32,219 nt of DNA, from assembly GCA_047629175.1 (NCBI GenBank), contig JBLHWN010000001.1, positions 1-32,219 on the forward strand. Reading direction: 5' to 3'. This DNA comes from Minisyncoccia bacterium. GTDB lineage: Bacteria; Patescibacteriota; Minisyncoccia; Phycocordibacterales; UBA1006. Below, in pieces: positions 24,646 to 32,219 of this stretch. The first letter of the stretch is position 1; every line of letters begins with the position of its first letter. The notes under the pieces were generated by a model that was not told the DNA's origin, did not search any database, and saw nothing but the letters and a program-made list of their open reading frames with translations. Both the position numbers and the translations under genes were made by a program.

Positions 24646-24897
24646 TTAAATCATTATAGCTTTCGTCATTTCCACAACATCACTCTCCAAAGATCTGTTG
24701 CCATACGCAATATCCGCTAACTCATTAAGAAAGCTGATAGCCTTTAGGTTCCAAAAAGCTTTTTTTAATTCCATCGTCCAGTCTGTAGAAAATACATCAT
24801 CACACAACTTTTTTAACTTCTGAATTACTTGTTTTTTCTTCTCTATGAAATCATGAAATTTTGTAATTGAATTATTCAATATTCTTTGTGGGTCCAT
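24646..24897 (-). CDS. hypothetical 83-aa protein
   Basis: ORF between two terminators. No family recognised. Confidence 0.45.
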   Translation of the reverse strand: MDPQRILNNSITKFHDFIEKKKQVIQKLKKLCDDVFSTDWTMELKKAFWNLKAISFLNELADIAYGNRSLESDVVEMTKAIMI

Positions 24898-24945
24898 ACG
24901 CGATTAAGTTTGGTTAGTGTTCAATTAAACCATATTCTTAAAAAT

Positions 24946-24966
24946 AAAAAAGCCTAAGGCTTTTTT
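24946..24966 (-). terminator. terminator after gyrB
   Basis: aaaaaagcc-taa-ggctttttt. Confidence 0.7.
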
Positions 24967-24969
24967 ATT

Positions 24970-27051
24970 TTAAATATCAATCTCAACGAGTTTTGCATTG
25001 TTCTGAATAAATGCCTTACGAGGAGCAACATCTGCCCCCATCAAGGTATCAAAGATTTGATCAGCCTCCATAGCATCATCAACGGTTACTTGCTTTAATG
25101 TTCGCGTTTCAGGATCCATAGTTGTTTCCCATAATTCCTCTGCGTTCATTTCTCCCAGTCCTTTATATCGTTGAAGGTGAACTTTTCCTGACTTCTTTTT
25201 CTTAGTTTCTTTTCCTTCGTCCTCCCCATCAACAGCATCTTCTTCGTCATCTGATTCATCAGGAACATCTTGTTCAACACCAAGCTCCTTCAAAATAGCA
25301 TTTTTCTCATCTTCATAATACGCATAATGAAGTGATTTCCCTTTTTTGATTTTGTACAAAGGTGGTTGAGCAATATACAGATATCCTAAATCAATCATCT
25401 CTCGGAAATAACGGAAGAAGAACGTCATCAAAAGGATTCGAATATGAGCTCCATCGACATCCGCATCCGTCGCGATAACAATTTTCTTGTAACGTATTTT
25501 TTCGATATCAAAGGTTTCTCCAATTGAAGTACCAAACGCGATCACCATTGACTTGATTTCATTGTTTCCAAGCATACGATCTAAACGAACACGCTCTACG
25601 TTCAATGGTTTACCTCGTAGTGGCAAAATAGCCTGTGTTCTTCGATCACGTCCTTGTTTAGCAGTACCTCCCGCAGAATCTCCCTCAACAATAAAGATCT
25701 CAGCTTCATCAGCATTTTTGGTCTGACAGTCAGTTAGCTTACCGGGTAAGGTAAACCCTTCTAGAGCTCCTTTACGAAGAATCGAATCTTTGGCTGCCTT
25801 TGCTGCCTTTCGTGCCTTCAGAGCCAGTGCTGCCTTCCGTAGAATAGATTTCGCGTCATCAGGGTTCTCTTCTAGGAAATTAGAGAATGATTCAGCAAAG
25901 ATTGATTCCACAGCTCCGCGCGCCTCAGGTGAACCAAGTTTGTCTTTGGTTTGCCCTTCGAATTGAATCTCTTTCATTTTTACCGAAACAACAGAGGTAA
26001 TTCCTTCAAGAACATCATCACCTGTGAGTGCTCCATCTTTTTCAGAAAGAATTTTATTCTTTTTGTTGTATACATTCAAGAGACGTGTAAGTGCCGTCTT
26101 GAATCCAGTAATATGCATTCCTCCTCCTGGCGTTGAAATGTTGTTAGCAAACGGAACAATACGAGGTGAAATATCATTTACATATTGCAATGCAACTTCT
26201 ACGTGGATTCCATCCTCAGTTTCTTTTTCAACATGGAATATGTTCTTATGTACTGGTTTTTGGTGAGCGTTTAAATAGCGCACCATAGATACAATTCCGC
26301 CCTCAAAGTAGAAACTTTGTGATGGGACCTGCATATTCAGGTCTCCAAGATAATAGGTATCTTCTAAATCAATGTCTCCTGTATACTCTCGTGCATCAAT
26401 CAATGAAACACGAAGATTCTTTACAAGATATGCTTGTTGTTGGTAGTGCTTGATAATACGTTCCCAATTCCATTTTACCTCTTCGAAGATAGTTACGTCA
26501 GGCTGGAAGGTAATAACCGTTCCATTATGTTTTGTCTTTCCAAATTTCTTTACATCCTTTTTTGGTTTTCCAATTGAATACTCTTGGAAATATTTATCAC
26601 CATCCTTGTGTACTTCTGCTCGAGTATAAGTAGAAAGTGCGTTTACTACAGAAGCTCCAACTCCATGCAAACCTCCAGAGAATTTATAAGCTTCGTTATC
26701 GAACTTACCTCCAGCATGAAGGACCGTCATAATAACCTCCAGGGCTGACTTACCAGTTTTAGCATGTTTTCCAACTGGAATACCACGTCCATTATCAGCC
26801 ACTCGGACAATATTATCAGGTAATAATGTAATTTCGATATGATCACAAAAACCTCCCATCGCCTCATCACGGGAGTTATCAAAAACCTCGCGGATCAAGT
26901 GATGTAGACCATCAGGACCTGTTGATCCGATGTACATTCCAGGACGTTTTCGTACTGGTTCTAATCCTTCTAGGACAGAAATATCGCTCGCACTATATTC
27001 ATTTTTTGCTGCTGGTTTTTTAGTATCTTTTTTAGTCGTTTTTTTAGTCAT
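24970..27051 (-). CDS. gyrB: DNA gyrase subunit B
   Basis: LEGLEPVRKRPGMYIGS, HHLIREVFDNSRDEA, EGDSAGG, QRYKGLGEMN. Confidence 0.95.
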   Translation of the reverse strand: MTKKTTKKDTKKPAAKNEYSASDISVLEGLEPVRKRPGMYIGSTGPDGLHHLIREVFDNSRDEAMGGFCDHIEITLLPDNIVRVADNGRGIPVGKHAKTGKSALEVIMTVLHAGGKFDNEAYKFSGGLHGVGASVVNALSTYTRAEVHKDGDKYFQEYSIGKPKKDVKKFGKTKHNGTVITFQPDVTIFEEVKWNWERIIKHYQQQAYLVKNLRVSLIDAREYTGDIDLEDTYYLGDLNMQVPSQSFYFEGGIVSMVRYLNAHQKPVHKNIFHVEKETEDGIHVEVALQYVNDISPRIVPFANNISTPGGGMHITGFKTALTRLLNVYNKKNKILSEKDGALTGDDVLEGITSVVSVKMKEIQFEGQTKDKLGSPEARGAVESIFAESFSNFLEENPDDAKSILRKAALALKARKAAKAAKDSILRKGALEGFTLPGKLTDCQTKNADEAEIFIVEGDSAGGTAKQGRDRRTQAILPLRGKPLNVERVRLDRMLGNNEIKSMVIAFGTSIGETFDIEKIRYKKIVIATDADVDGAHIRILLMTFFFRYFREMIDLGYLYIAQPPLYKIKKGKSLHYAYYEDEKNAILKELGVEQDVPDESDDEEDAVDGEDEGKETKKKKSGKVHLQRYKGLGEMNAEELWETTMDPETRTLKQVTVDDAMEADQIFDTLMGADVAPRKAFIQNNAKLVEIDI

Positions 27052-27075
27052 AATTTATTTATTGTTGACGAAGAT

Positions 27076-27115
27076 GTTCCAGTAATGTGCCCTGTGTATC
27101 TGGCACATTTGGAAC
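27076..27115. promoter_or_regulatory. imperfect 13-bp inverted repeat in the gyrB/ung divergent region
   Basis: GTTCCA-gta-ATGTGCC-N10-GGCACAT-t-TGGAAC. Confidence 0.4.
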
Positions 27116-27226
27116 TAAATTCAAAATATAATCTGCGATTATTTTCTCATTTATTTTGCCATAATATTATAATTGCATTGTAGCATACTTTAGGTCTTAC
27201 GGGCTTATAAAATAGGCTTTTAAGTG

Positions 27227-27235
27227 TGGTATATT
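27227..27235 (+). promoter_or_regulatory. extended -10 TGgTATATT, 6 nt upstream of ATG 27242
   Basis: gtgtggTATATT-aaagaa-ATG. Confidence 0.5.
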
Positions 27236-27241
27236 AAAGAA

Positions 27242-27907
27242 ATGAGGCTATATATGCAAAATGAATGGAAAGAGGTTTTAAGCGGCTATTTTGCTTCTAC
27301 ACAATGGTCTCAATTATGTGGTTTTGTTCAGAAAGAATATCAAACAAAAACTATATACCCTGAACAAAAAGATATATTTAACGCTTTCAATGCAACTTCT
27401 TTTGGTAAAACAAATGTTGTAATAATAGGGCAAGACCCTTATCATAATCCTGACCAAGCACATGGGTTATGTTTTTCAGTTCCGGATAATATTACTCCCC
27501 CACCATCACTTAAAAATATCTACAAAGAAATTTTATTTGATTGTGGTATTGAAAAAGATGTCACTAATGGAGATCTAACAAACTGGGCGGAACAAGGGGT
27601 ACTCCTTTTGAATTCAGTTCTTACTGTTGAAAAAAATATACCAGGAAGTCATGCTAAAAAAGGATGGGAAGAATTTACGAGCGAAGTCATTAAAAAAATT
27701 TCAGAAGGAAGGAACCATGTAGTCTTTTTCTTATGGGGTAATTATGCAAAACAAAAAGGTGCTGCCATTGACCGCTCGCGTCATCTCGTCCTTGAATCTC
27801 CTCATCCTTCGCCGTTCTCTGCCTATACTGGTTTTTTTGGTAGCAGACATTTCTCTCAAACAAACGACTATCTTAAAAGACATGGAAAAACCAGCATTCA
27901 ATGGTAA
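27242..27907 (+). CDS. ung: uracil-DNA glycosylase, family 1
   Basis: GQDPYH and HPSPFSA motifs. Start 27242 comes from the promoter geometry. ATG 27254 is an alternative, with GAGG 6 nt upstream. Confidence 0.9.
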   Translation: MRLYMQNEWKEVLSGYFASTQWSQLCGFVQKEYQTKTIYPEQKDIFNAFNATSFGKTNVVIIGQDPYHNPDQAHGLCFSVPDNITPPPSLKNIYKEILFDCGIEKDVTNGDLTNWAEQGVLLLNSVLTVEKNIPGSHAKKGWEEFTSEVIKKISEGRNHVVFFLWGNYAKQKGAAIDRSRHLVLESPHPSPFSAYTGFFGSRHFSQTNDYLKRHGKTSIQW

Positions 27908-27910
27908 CCT
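27902..27910 (+). promoter_or_regulatory. possible extended -10 TGgTAACCT, 6 nt upstream of the pyk ATG (overlaps the ung stop)
   Basis: aaTGgTAACCT-tgttat-ATG(27917). Confidence 0.3.
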
Positions 27911-27916
27911 TGTTAT

Positions 27917-29335
27917 ATGAAACAAATACAACAGAAGAAGACAAAGATTGTGGCGACGATGGGACCCGTCACGCGAAATAAAAAAACATTAAGCGCAATG
28001 GCACATGCCGGACTCAATGTTGCTCGTATGAATTTCAGTCACGGCACACACGAAGACCATCTTCATACTTTTAATTTGGTTCGCTCTGTTGAAAAATCTA
28101 CAAAGAAACCATTGGCAATATTACAAGACCTATCTGGACCTAAAATTCGTGTCGGAAAAGTCGAAGAAGGAACGATGCTGATACATGGAGCAAAATTTAT
28201 ACTAACAACTACGAAATGCGTAGGTGACGACAAGCAAGCATTTGTAAATTATAAAAAACTTCCTATTGAGGTTTCAAAAGGATCAACGATTAAAGTTGAT
28301 GATGGGAAACTCGAATTATTTGTAGATAAAATTTCCGGGAATAATATTCACTGTACGATAATTGTTGGAGGGCCACTTTCATCAAACAAGGGTGTTAACC
28401 TTCCTGATACGATCCTTTCTATTTCATCACTCACAGCGAAAGATAAAAAGGATGTTCTCTTTGGCATTAAACATGATGTTGATTATATTGCACTCTCCTT
28501 TGTACAAACAGCTAATGATGTGAGAGATCTTCGAAGAATTCTTGATAAACACCAAAGCAAGGCAAAAATTATTGCTAAAATTGAAACAACCCCAGCTGTG
28601 GAAAATATTGATGCGATCTTATCAGTCTCAGATGGGGCCATGGTTGCCCGTGGTGATATGGCCGTTGAAGTTGGTGTAGAGAGAGTTCCATTAATTCAAA
28701 AAATGATTATTGAAAAATGTAATCAATTAGGTAAACCAGTTATTACAGCGACGCAAATGCTTGATTCAATGGAGAAATCTCCGGTTCCAACACGAGCCGA
28801 AGTATCTGATATTGCGAACGCTATTCTAGATGGTACTGATGCGATTATGCTCTCTGGTGAATCAGCAGTAGGTCAGTATCCTGTTGAGTCAGTACAAACA
28901 ATGACCAATATTGCACAGCGAACTGAGTCACACTGTGCGAACAAAAATCTAAAATACTTTGGACAATCTAAAGAAATTGTTGATACCATGTCTATCTCAG
29001 TAGTACGAATTGCAAATAATGTGCGAGCCCGACTTATCGTCACACTAACTGAATCAGGACTTACGCCACATATGATTGCTCGATTTAAACCTCACCATGG
29101 AATTATCGCAATTACGCCTAAACGGAGAACTTTTAATCAGTTACAACTCTTATACGGGTGTAAACCTGTCTTGTCAGATATGTCAGGTGGCATTACAAAA
29201 CTGACCAAAGAAATTCAACAGTTGGTCAAAAAAAATCAATGGGCGGATGCAGGTGAAAAATTGGTAGTAAGTATGGGTTCAAAATTTGGGGTCCCAGGAT
29301 CAACTGATACTATTTTTGTTATTGAAGCAAAATAA
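27917..29335 (+). CDS. pyk: pyruvate kinase
   Basis: KTKIVATMGP, MNFSHG, MVARGDMAVE and TQMLDSM motifs. Confidence 0.9.
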   Translation: MKQIQQKKTKIVATMGPVTRNKKTLSAMAHAGLNVARMNFSHGTHEDHLHTFNLVRSVEKSTKKPLAILQDLSGPKIRVGKVEEGTMLIHGAKFILTTTKCVGDDKQAFVNYKKLPIEVSKGSTIKVDDGKLELFVDKISGNNIHCTIIVGGPLSSNKGVNLPDTILSISSLTAKDKKDVLFGIKHDVDYIALSFVQTANDVRDLRRILDKHQSKAKIIAKIETTPAVENIDAILSVSDGAMVARGDMAVEVGVERVPLIQKMIIEKCNQLGKPVITATQMLDSMEKSPVPTRAEVSDIANAILDGTDAIMLSGESAVGQYPVESVQTMTNIAQRTESHCANKNLKYFGQSKEIVDTMSISVVRIANNVRARLIVTLTESGLTPHMIARFKPHHGIIAITPKRRTFNQLQLLYGCKPVLSDMSGGITKLTKEIQQLVKKNQWADAGEKLVVSMGSKFGVPGSTDTIFVIEAK

Positions 29336-29354
29336 AAACGCATTATGCGTTTTT
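29334..29354. terminator. bidirectional terminator, variant of the cgcat-atgcg family; both convergent stop codons lie inside it
   Basis: aaaaacgcat-t-atgcgttttt. pyk TAA at 29333-29335, methyltransferase stop at 29343-29345. Confidence 0.75.
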
Positions 29355-30035
29355 ATTTTTTACATAACAATTCCAATAATTCCGTTTATATGACTGTGCT
29401 CCCCACCGCTGATAACCAGTCTTTCTTTCCATGCGAACAACTTCGAGATGTTTATTATAGAGTTCCTTAAAATCTGGACCAGAGAAAATTCGTTCGGTGA
29501 CGCCTAGTTGTGGATGCTTATACGTATCATAACCTGGACCCGGAAATTCTTTTACCATTTTTTGTGCATTCTTGTCTCCTTCTCTTGCTAATGTTCGTAC
29601 ATACATATAACCCGTTGGTTTTAACACACGTTCACATTCTTTTAAATAGGTACCTCGTTCAGATTCACTTAATGCATTCGACGTTGTTACATCCAAAATA
29701 ATATCAACTGAATCATCATCAAGAGGAAATGGTTTTCCAACATTCCGTGTCTCAAATCTCACTAATTCGTGCCCGTGAATTTTCTTTGCTTTCTCAATAG
29801 CATCAGAGGAAAAATCCCATCCATAAACTTTTGCATCATAATGATCAGCCATATAAAAACTGTTTCTTCCTACCCCACACCCAAGATCCAAAACAGTGAT
29901 TCCAGAATACAGATCTATATGCTTATTATTTTTAATCCACTTAATAAATCGGAGGAAATCTTTCTGCGGTTTATGTGACTGGGTAACGAGTTGTGGTTTT
30001 TGATATTCTTGATCCCATGATTGCTGATTATTCAT
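29343..30035 (-). CDS. class I SAM-dependent methyltransferase
   Basis: Motif I VLDLGCGVGRN and post-I acidic residue. Start set to ATG 30035 (MNNQQSW) on the -10 spacing; the ORF is open from GTG 30059. Confidence 0.75.
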   Translation of the reverse strand: MNNQQSWDQEYQKPQLVTQSHKPQKDFLRFIKWIKNNKHIDLYSGITVLDLGCGVGRNSFYMADHYDAKVYGWDFSSDAIEKAKKIHGHELVRFETRNVGKPFPLDDDSVDIILDVTTSNALSESERGTYLKECERVLKPTGYMYVRTLAREGDKNAQKMVKEFPGPGYDTYKHPQLGVTERIFSGPDFKELYNKHLEVVRMERKTGYQRWGAQSYKRNYWNCYVKNKNA

Positions 30036-30041
30036 AATGTC

Positions 30042-30047
30042 ACTATA
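30042..30047 (-). promoter_or_regulatory. -10 TATAGT, 6 nt upstream of ATG 30035
   Basis: Minus strand reads ggggTATAGT-gacatt-ATG. Confidence 0.45.
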
Positions 30048-30120
30048 CCCCAGGAGCACTTCTAGACAAATAGTATCTACTTTTTAGAAACTAGATAAAA
30101 GACCTGGTGAGTAAATTATG

Positions 30121-30126
30121 TATACT
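30121..30126 (+). promoter_or_regulatory. -10 TATACT, 8 nt upstream of ATG 30135
   Basis: atgTATACT-tcatatat-ATG. Confidence 0.45.
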
Positions 30127-30134
30127 TCATATAT

Positions 30135-31868
30135 ATGAATACGCTAAAAAATTATATTAAAAACCACAAAGATATATTGGGTCTTGCACTTCTTTTTGCA
30201 GCAATAAACCAATTTTTTTCTCTTCTCAATCCACAAGTATTTCGTATTGTTATTGATACCTATGCCTCAAATTTTCAGAATTATGCGCAGAATGAATTTG
30301 TTATGGGGGTTGGGTTAATGTTGCTTCTTTATATTGGTGTAGCTCTTGTGTCTCGAGCAGGAAAAGCTTTTCAGGATTATTATGTAAACGTGCTCTCAGA
30401 GCGTGTTGGGACGGGTATGTACAATAATTCAGTTGCTCATGTTTTTTCTCTCCCCTTTGCTGTATTTGAAGATGAACAATCAGGAAGCATTCTGCAGAAA
30501 CTTCAAAAAGCGCGTGATCATGCAAAGAAACTTATTATCAATATCGTTAATATTGGATTCTTTTCACTTATCGGAATGATTTTTGTAATTAGTTATGCCT
30601 TTAGTGTTCACTGGTGGATTGGTTTAGTTTTCGTATTATCAATCCCTGTTGTTGGAGGTATTATCTATTTTACCGGTAAAAATATTAAAGAAGCACAGCA
30701 AAAAATTGTTAGTAAGTCAGCTGACCTTGCTGCCTCGACAACTGAAACATTACAAAATGTTGGTCTGGTTAAATCGCTTGGCTTAGAAGGCCAAGAAATT
30801 AGACGATTAAATAATGTACATACGGAAATTCTTGAATTGGAATTAAGAAAAGTCATTATTTTGCGGAAACTCAGCTTCATACAAGGAACATTAATAAACA
30901 CCATCAGTACCCTCATTGTGTTTGTTTCCATGGTCCTCATTTTTCAAGGATCAATTACCCTTGGTGAATTTCTTGCGCTTTGGTTTTATGGGTTCTTTGT
31001 GTTTGGTCCCCTGGGACAAGTTGCTGATCTTGTACAAAGCTATCAGGAAACAAAAGCGAGTGTTGGTGAATTAGAGTTGATTCTTAACCAAGAAGAGGAA
31101 GATACAAATTTAAACATGGAGAGCATAAGTAACATTAATAGTATTGTTTTCAATAATGTTACGTTTGCTTATCAACATAGCCATATATCAGCTCTGAGTA
31201 ACATTTCACTCTCTATTAGTTCTGGTCAAACTATTGCATTAGCTGGGCCAAGTGGCTCTGGTAAGTCCACCTTTCTCAAGCTCCTTCTTGGTCTCTATAC
31301 GCCAACAAGTGGTGAGATTTTATATAATAAACATTCCTTATCAACAATTGACGTGAAGAGTCTGCGAAATAATGTTGGCTATGTACCCCAAGAAAGCCAA
31401 GTCTTTGCTGGAACCGTTCGAGAGAATTTATTATTTGTACAACCTGATGCAACTGATGCTGAATGTTTTGCTGCACTATCCCAAGCACAGGCTGATACCA
31501 TAATAGAAAGAACGAGAAATGGTCTTGATAGTGTTATTGGTGAAAATGGTATCAAACTTTCTGGTGGTGAACGTCAACGTATTGCTATTGCGCGCGCCTT
31601 ATTACGTCAGCCCGATATTCTTATTTTTGATGAAGCTACCTCTAGTCTCGACTCACTGACCGAGCGAGAAATCACCGATACCATTCAAAATATTAAGAAA
31701 CAACATCCAGAATTAATTATGATAATCGTAGCTCATCGTTTATCAACTATTGAACATGCTGACACCATCTATGTCATACGTAAGGGTATCCTTGTTGAAT
31801 CAGGAACACATGCTGATTTGGTTAGTAAAAAAGAACTCTACTATTCATTATGGAATGAACAACAATAA
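30135..31868 (+). CDS. ABC exporter, fused permease/ATPase (MsbA/MdlB-like)
   Basis: Six-TM N-terminal domain, Walker A GPSGSGKST, signature LSGGERQR, Walker B ILIFDEATS. Confidence 0.9.
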   Translation: MNTLKNYIKNHKDILGLALLFAAINQFFSLLNPQVFRIVIDTYASNFQNYAQNEFVMGVGLMLLLYIGVALVSRAGKAFQDYYVNVLSERVGTGMYNNSVAHVFSLPFAVFEDEQSGSILQKLQKARDHAKKLIINIVNIGFFSLIGMIFVISYAFSVHWWIGLVFVLSIPVVGGIIYFTGKNIKEAQQKIVSKSADLAASTTETLQNVGLVKSLGLEGQEIRRLNNVHTEILELELRKVIILRKLSFIQGTLINTISTLIVFVSMVLIFQGSITLGEFLALWFYGFFVFGPLGQVADLVQSYQETKASVGELELILNQEEEDTNLNMESISNINSIVFNNVTFAYQHSHISALSNISLSISSGQTIALAGPSGSGKSTFLKLLLGLYTPTSGEILYNKHSLSTIDVKSLRNNVGYVPQESQVFAGTVRENLLFVQPDATDAECFAALSQAQADTIIERTRNGLDSVIGENGIKLSGGERQRIAIARALLRQPDILIFDEATSSLDSLTEREITDTIQNIKKQHPELIMIIVAHRLSTIEHADTIYVIRKGILVESGTHADLVSKKELYYSLWNEQQ

Positions 31869-31895
31869 AACACACAACATACGGTTGTGTGTTTT
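31867..31895. terminator. bidirectional terminator
   Basis: aaaacacacaac-N5-gttgtgtgtttt, 12-bp stem. Confidence 0.8.
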
Positions 31896-31896
31896 A

Positions 31897-32219
31897 TTAT
31901 GAAGAGATAACAACAACTTCATTATCAGTATAGGTAAAAAAGTCACCGTCTGGTCAACCGGTACTTGTATCAACGGCAGCAGTGTGTCCTTCACATATGG
32001 TCGATGGGATTATGTTTCCGCTTATTTCGCATGCACTATTAAAATCAAAAAAAATAATTTCCCCATGGATCTATTAATTACCCCTCACTCATGTACGGCC
32101 CATTTAATTAGATGGGTAGGTGTAGGTCGCGCCAAAAAGATATAATCGTGAGCATTACAAATCAACCTACCTCCACATTCAGGACTTATTGGTCCAAAAC
32201 TATATTCATCATGTATGGC
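31897..32219 (-). pseudogene. possible decayed gene remnant (frameshift near 32070-32087, in-frame TGA at 31954-31956); continues beyond the window
   Basis: Minus frame A reads AIHDEYSFGPISPECGGRLICNAHDYIFLARPTPTHLIKWAVHE*. Frame +2 then reads IHGEIIFFDFNSACEISGNIIPSTICEGHTAAVDTSTG*PDGDFFTYTDNEVVVISS*, ending 2 nt from the terminator. Confidence 0.3.

Noticed and set aside
229-30059. Longer N-terminal extensions offered by the ORF track: starts at 229, 689, 2967, 6857, 8875, 12975, 15155, 15709, 27224 and 30059.
   Set aside because: They use GTG/TTG or overlap the upstream gene or its promoter. Internal ATGs fit family N-termini, 2-4 nt coupling gaps or the -10 spacing rule better.
1817-31488. 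Short antisense or out-of-frame ORFs nested in large genes, for example 1817-2023, 2132-2314, 2981-3250, 3945-4130, 7130-7345, 8449-8754, 9468-9665, 13191-13484, 13399-13638, 14761-14994, 15606-16007, 16326-16607, 19918-20115, 22134-22406, 25951-26266, 29510-29978, 30301-30940 and 31276-31488.
   Set aside because: All lie inside confidently assigned genes. They have low-complexity or odd composition and no promoter or terminator context.
1-32219. Alternative genetic code (UGA as sense, as in some CPR lineages) for the whole organism.
   Set aside because: All long housekeeping ORFs (secA, dnaE, gyrB, rnr, smc, thrS and others) are uninterrupted under the standard code. In-frame TGA occurs only in the two decayed frames.
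1-32219. CRISPR arrays, IS elements or transposases, integrases, ordinary tRNA or rRNA genes.
   Set aside because: None was seen. The only repeats are the 22-nt tmRNA-end duplication and the terminator family. T-loop-like GGTTCGA motifs occur only in the tmRNA.

Overview
AT-rich, very compact bacterial chromosome segment. The gene content, domain fusions and reduced proteins suggest a small-genome, CPR/Patescibacteria-like organism, but that placement is inference only. All family calls come from motifs read by eye; no searches were run.

The window is almost entirely housekeeping genes:
- smpB plus a DUF1653 gene, followed by a canonical one-piece tmRNA (ssrA)
- an M14-like peptidase, and a DoxX membrane protein with a Cys-rich tail
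- secA, rpsP, RNase R, an S11 DD-carboxypeptidase
- an unusually short SMC, rnc, a NusB-Nudix-Rho_N fusion, rpmF, rnhB
- a membrane-anchored SNase-type nuclease, dnaE, dgkA, thrS (no TGS domain)
- gyrB, ung, pyk, a SAM methyltransferase and an ABC exporter

One AT-richer accessory stretch lies between thrS and gyrB (about 21.4-24.9 kb). It holds an orphan acidic 424-aa protein, an EEP nuclease, a 45-aa basic ORF, a Nudix protein and two small helical ORFs.

No CRISPR array, IS element, integrase, rRNA or ordinary tRNA was seen.

Main observations:
1. A structured tRNA-like element sits directly downstream of ssrA. It re-uses an exact 22-nt copy of the tmRNA 3' end, carries complementary 5' strands and has its own terminator.
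2. Extended -10 boxes (often TGnTATACT) lie only 6-9 nt upstream of the ATG at about 19 genes, with no Shine-Dalgarno. This implies widespread leaderless mRNAs and moves several start codons.
3. An identical 26-nt terminator flanks the orphan 424-aa gene on both sides, as an insertion would leave.
4. A NusB-Nudix-Rho_N fusion is translationally coupled to RNase III.
5. Two decayed reading frames carry in-frame TGA codons.

Intergenic regions are minimal. Bidirectional terminator hairpins frequently overlap stop codons.
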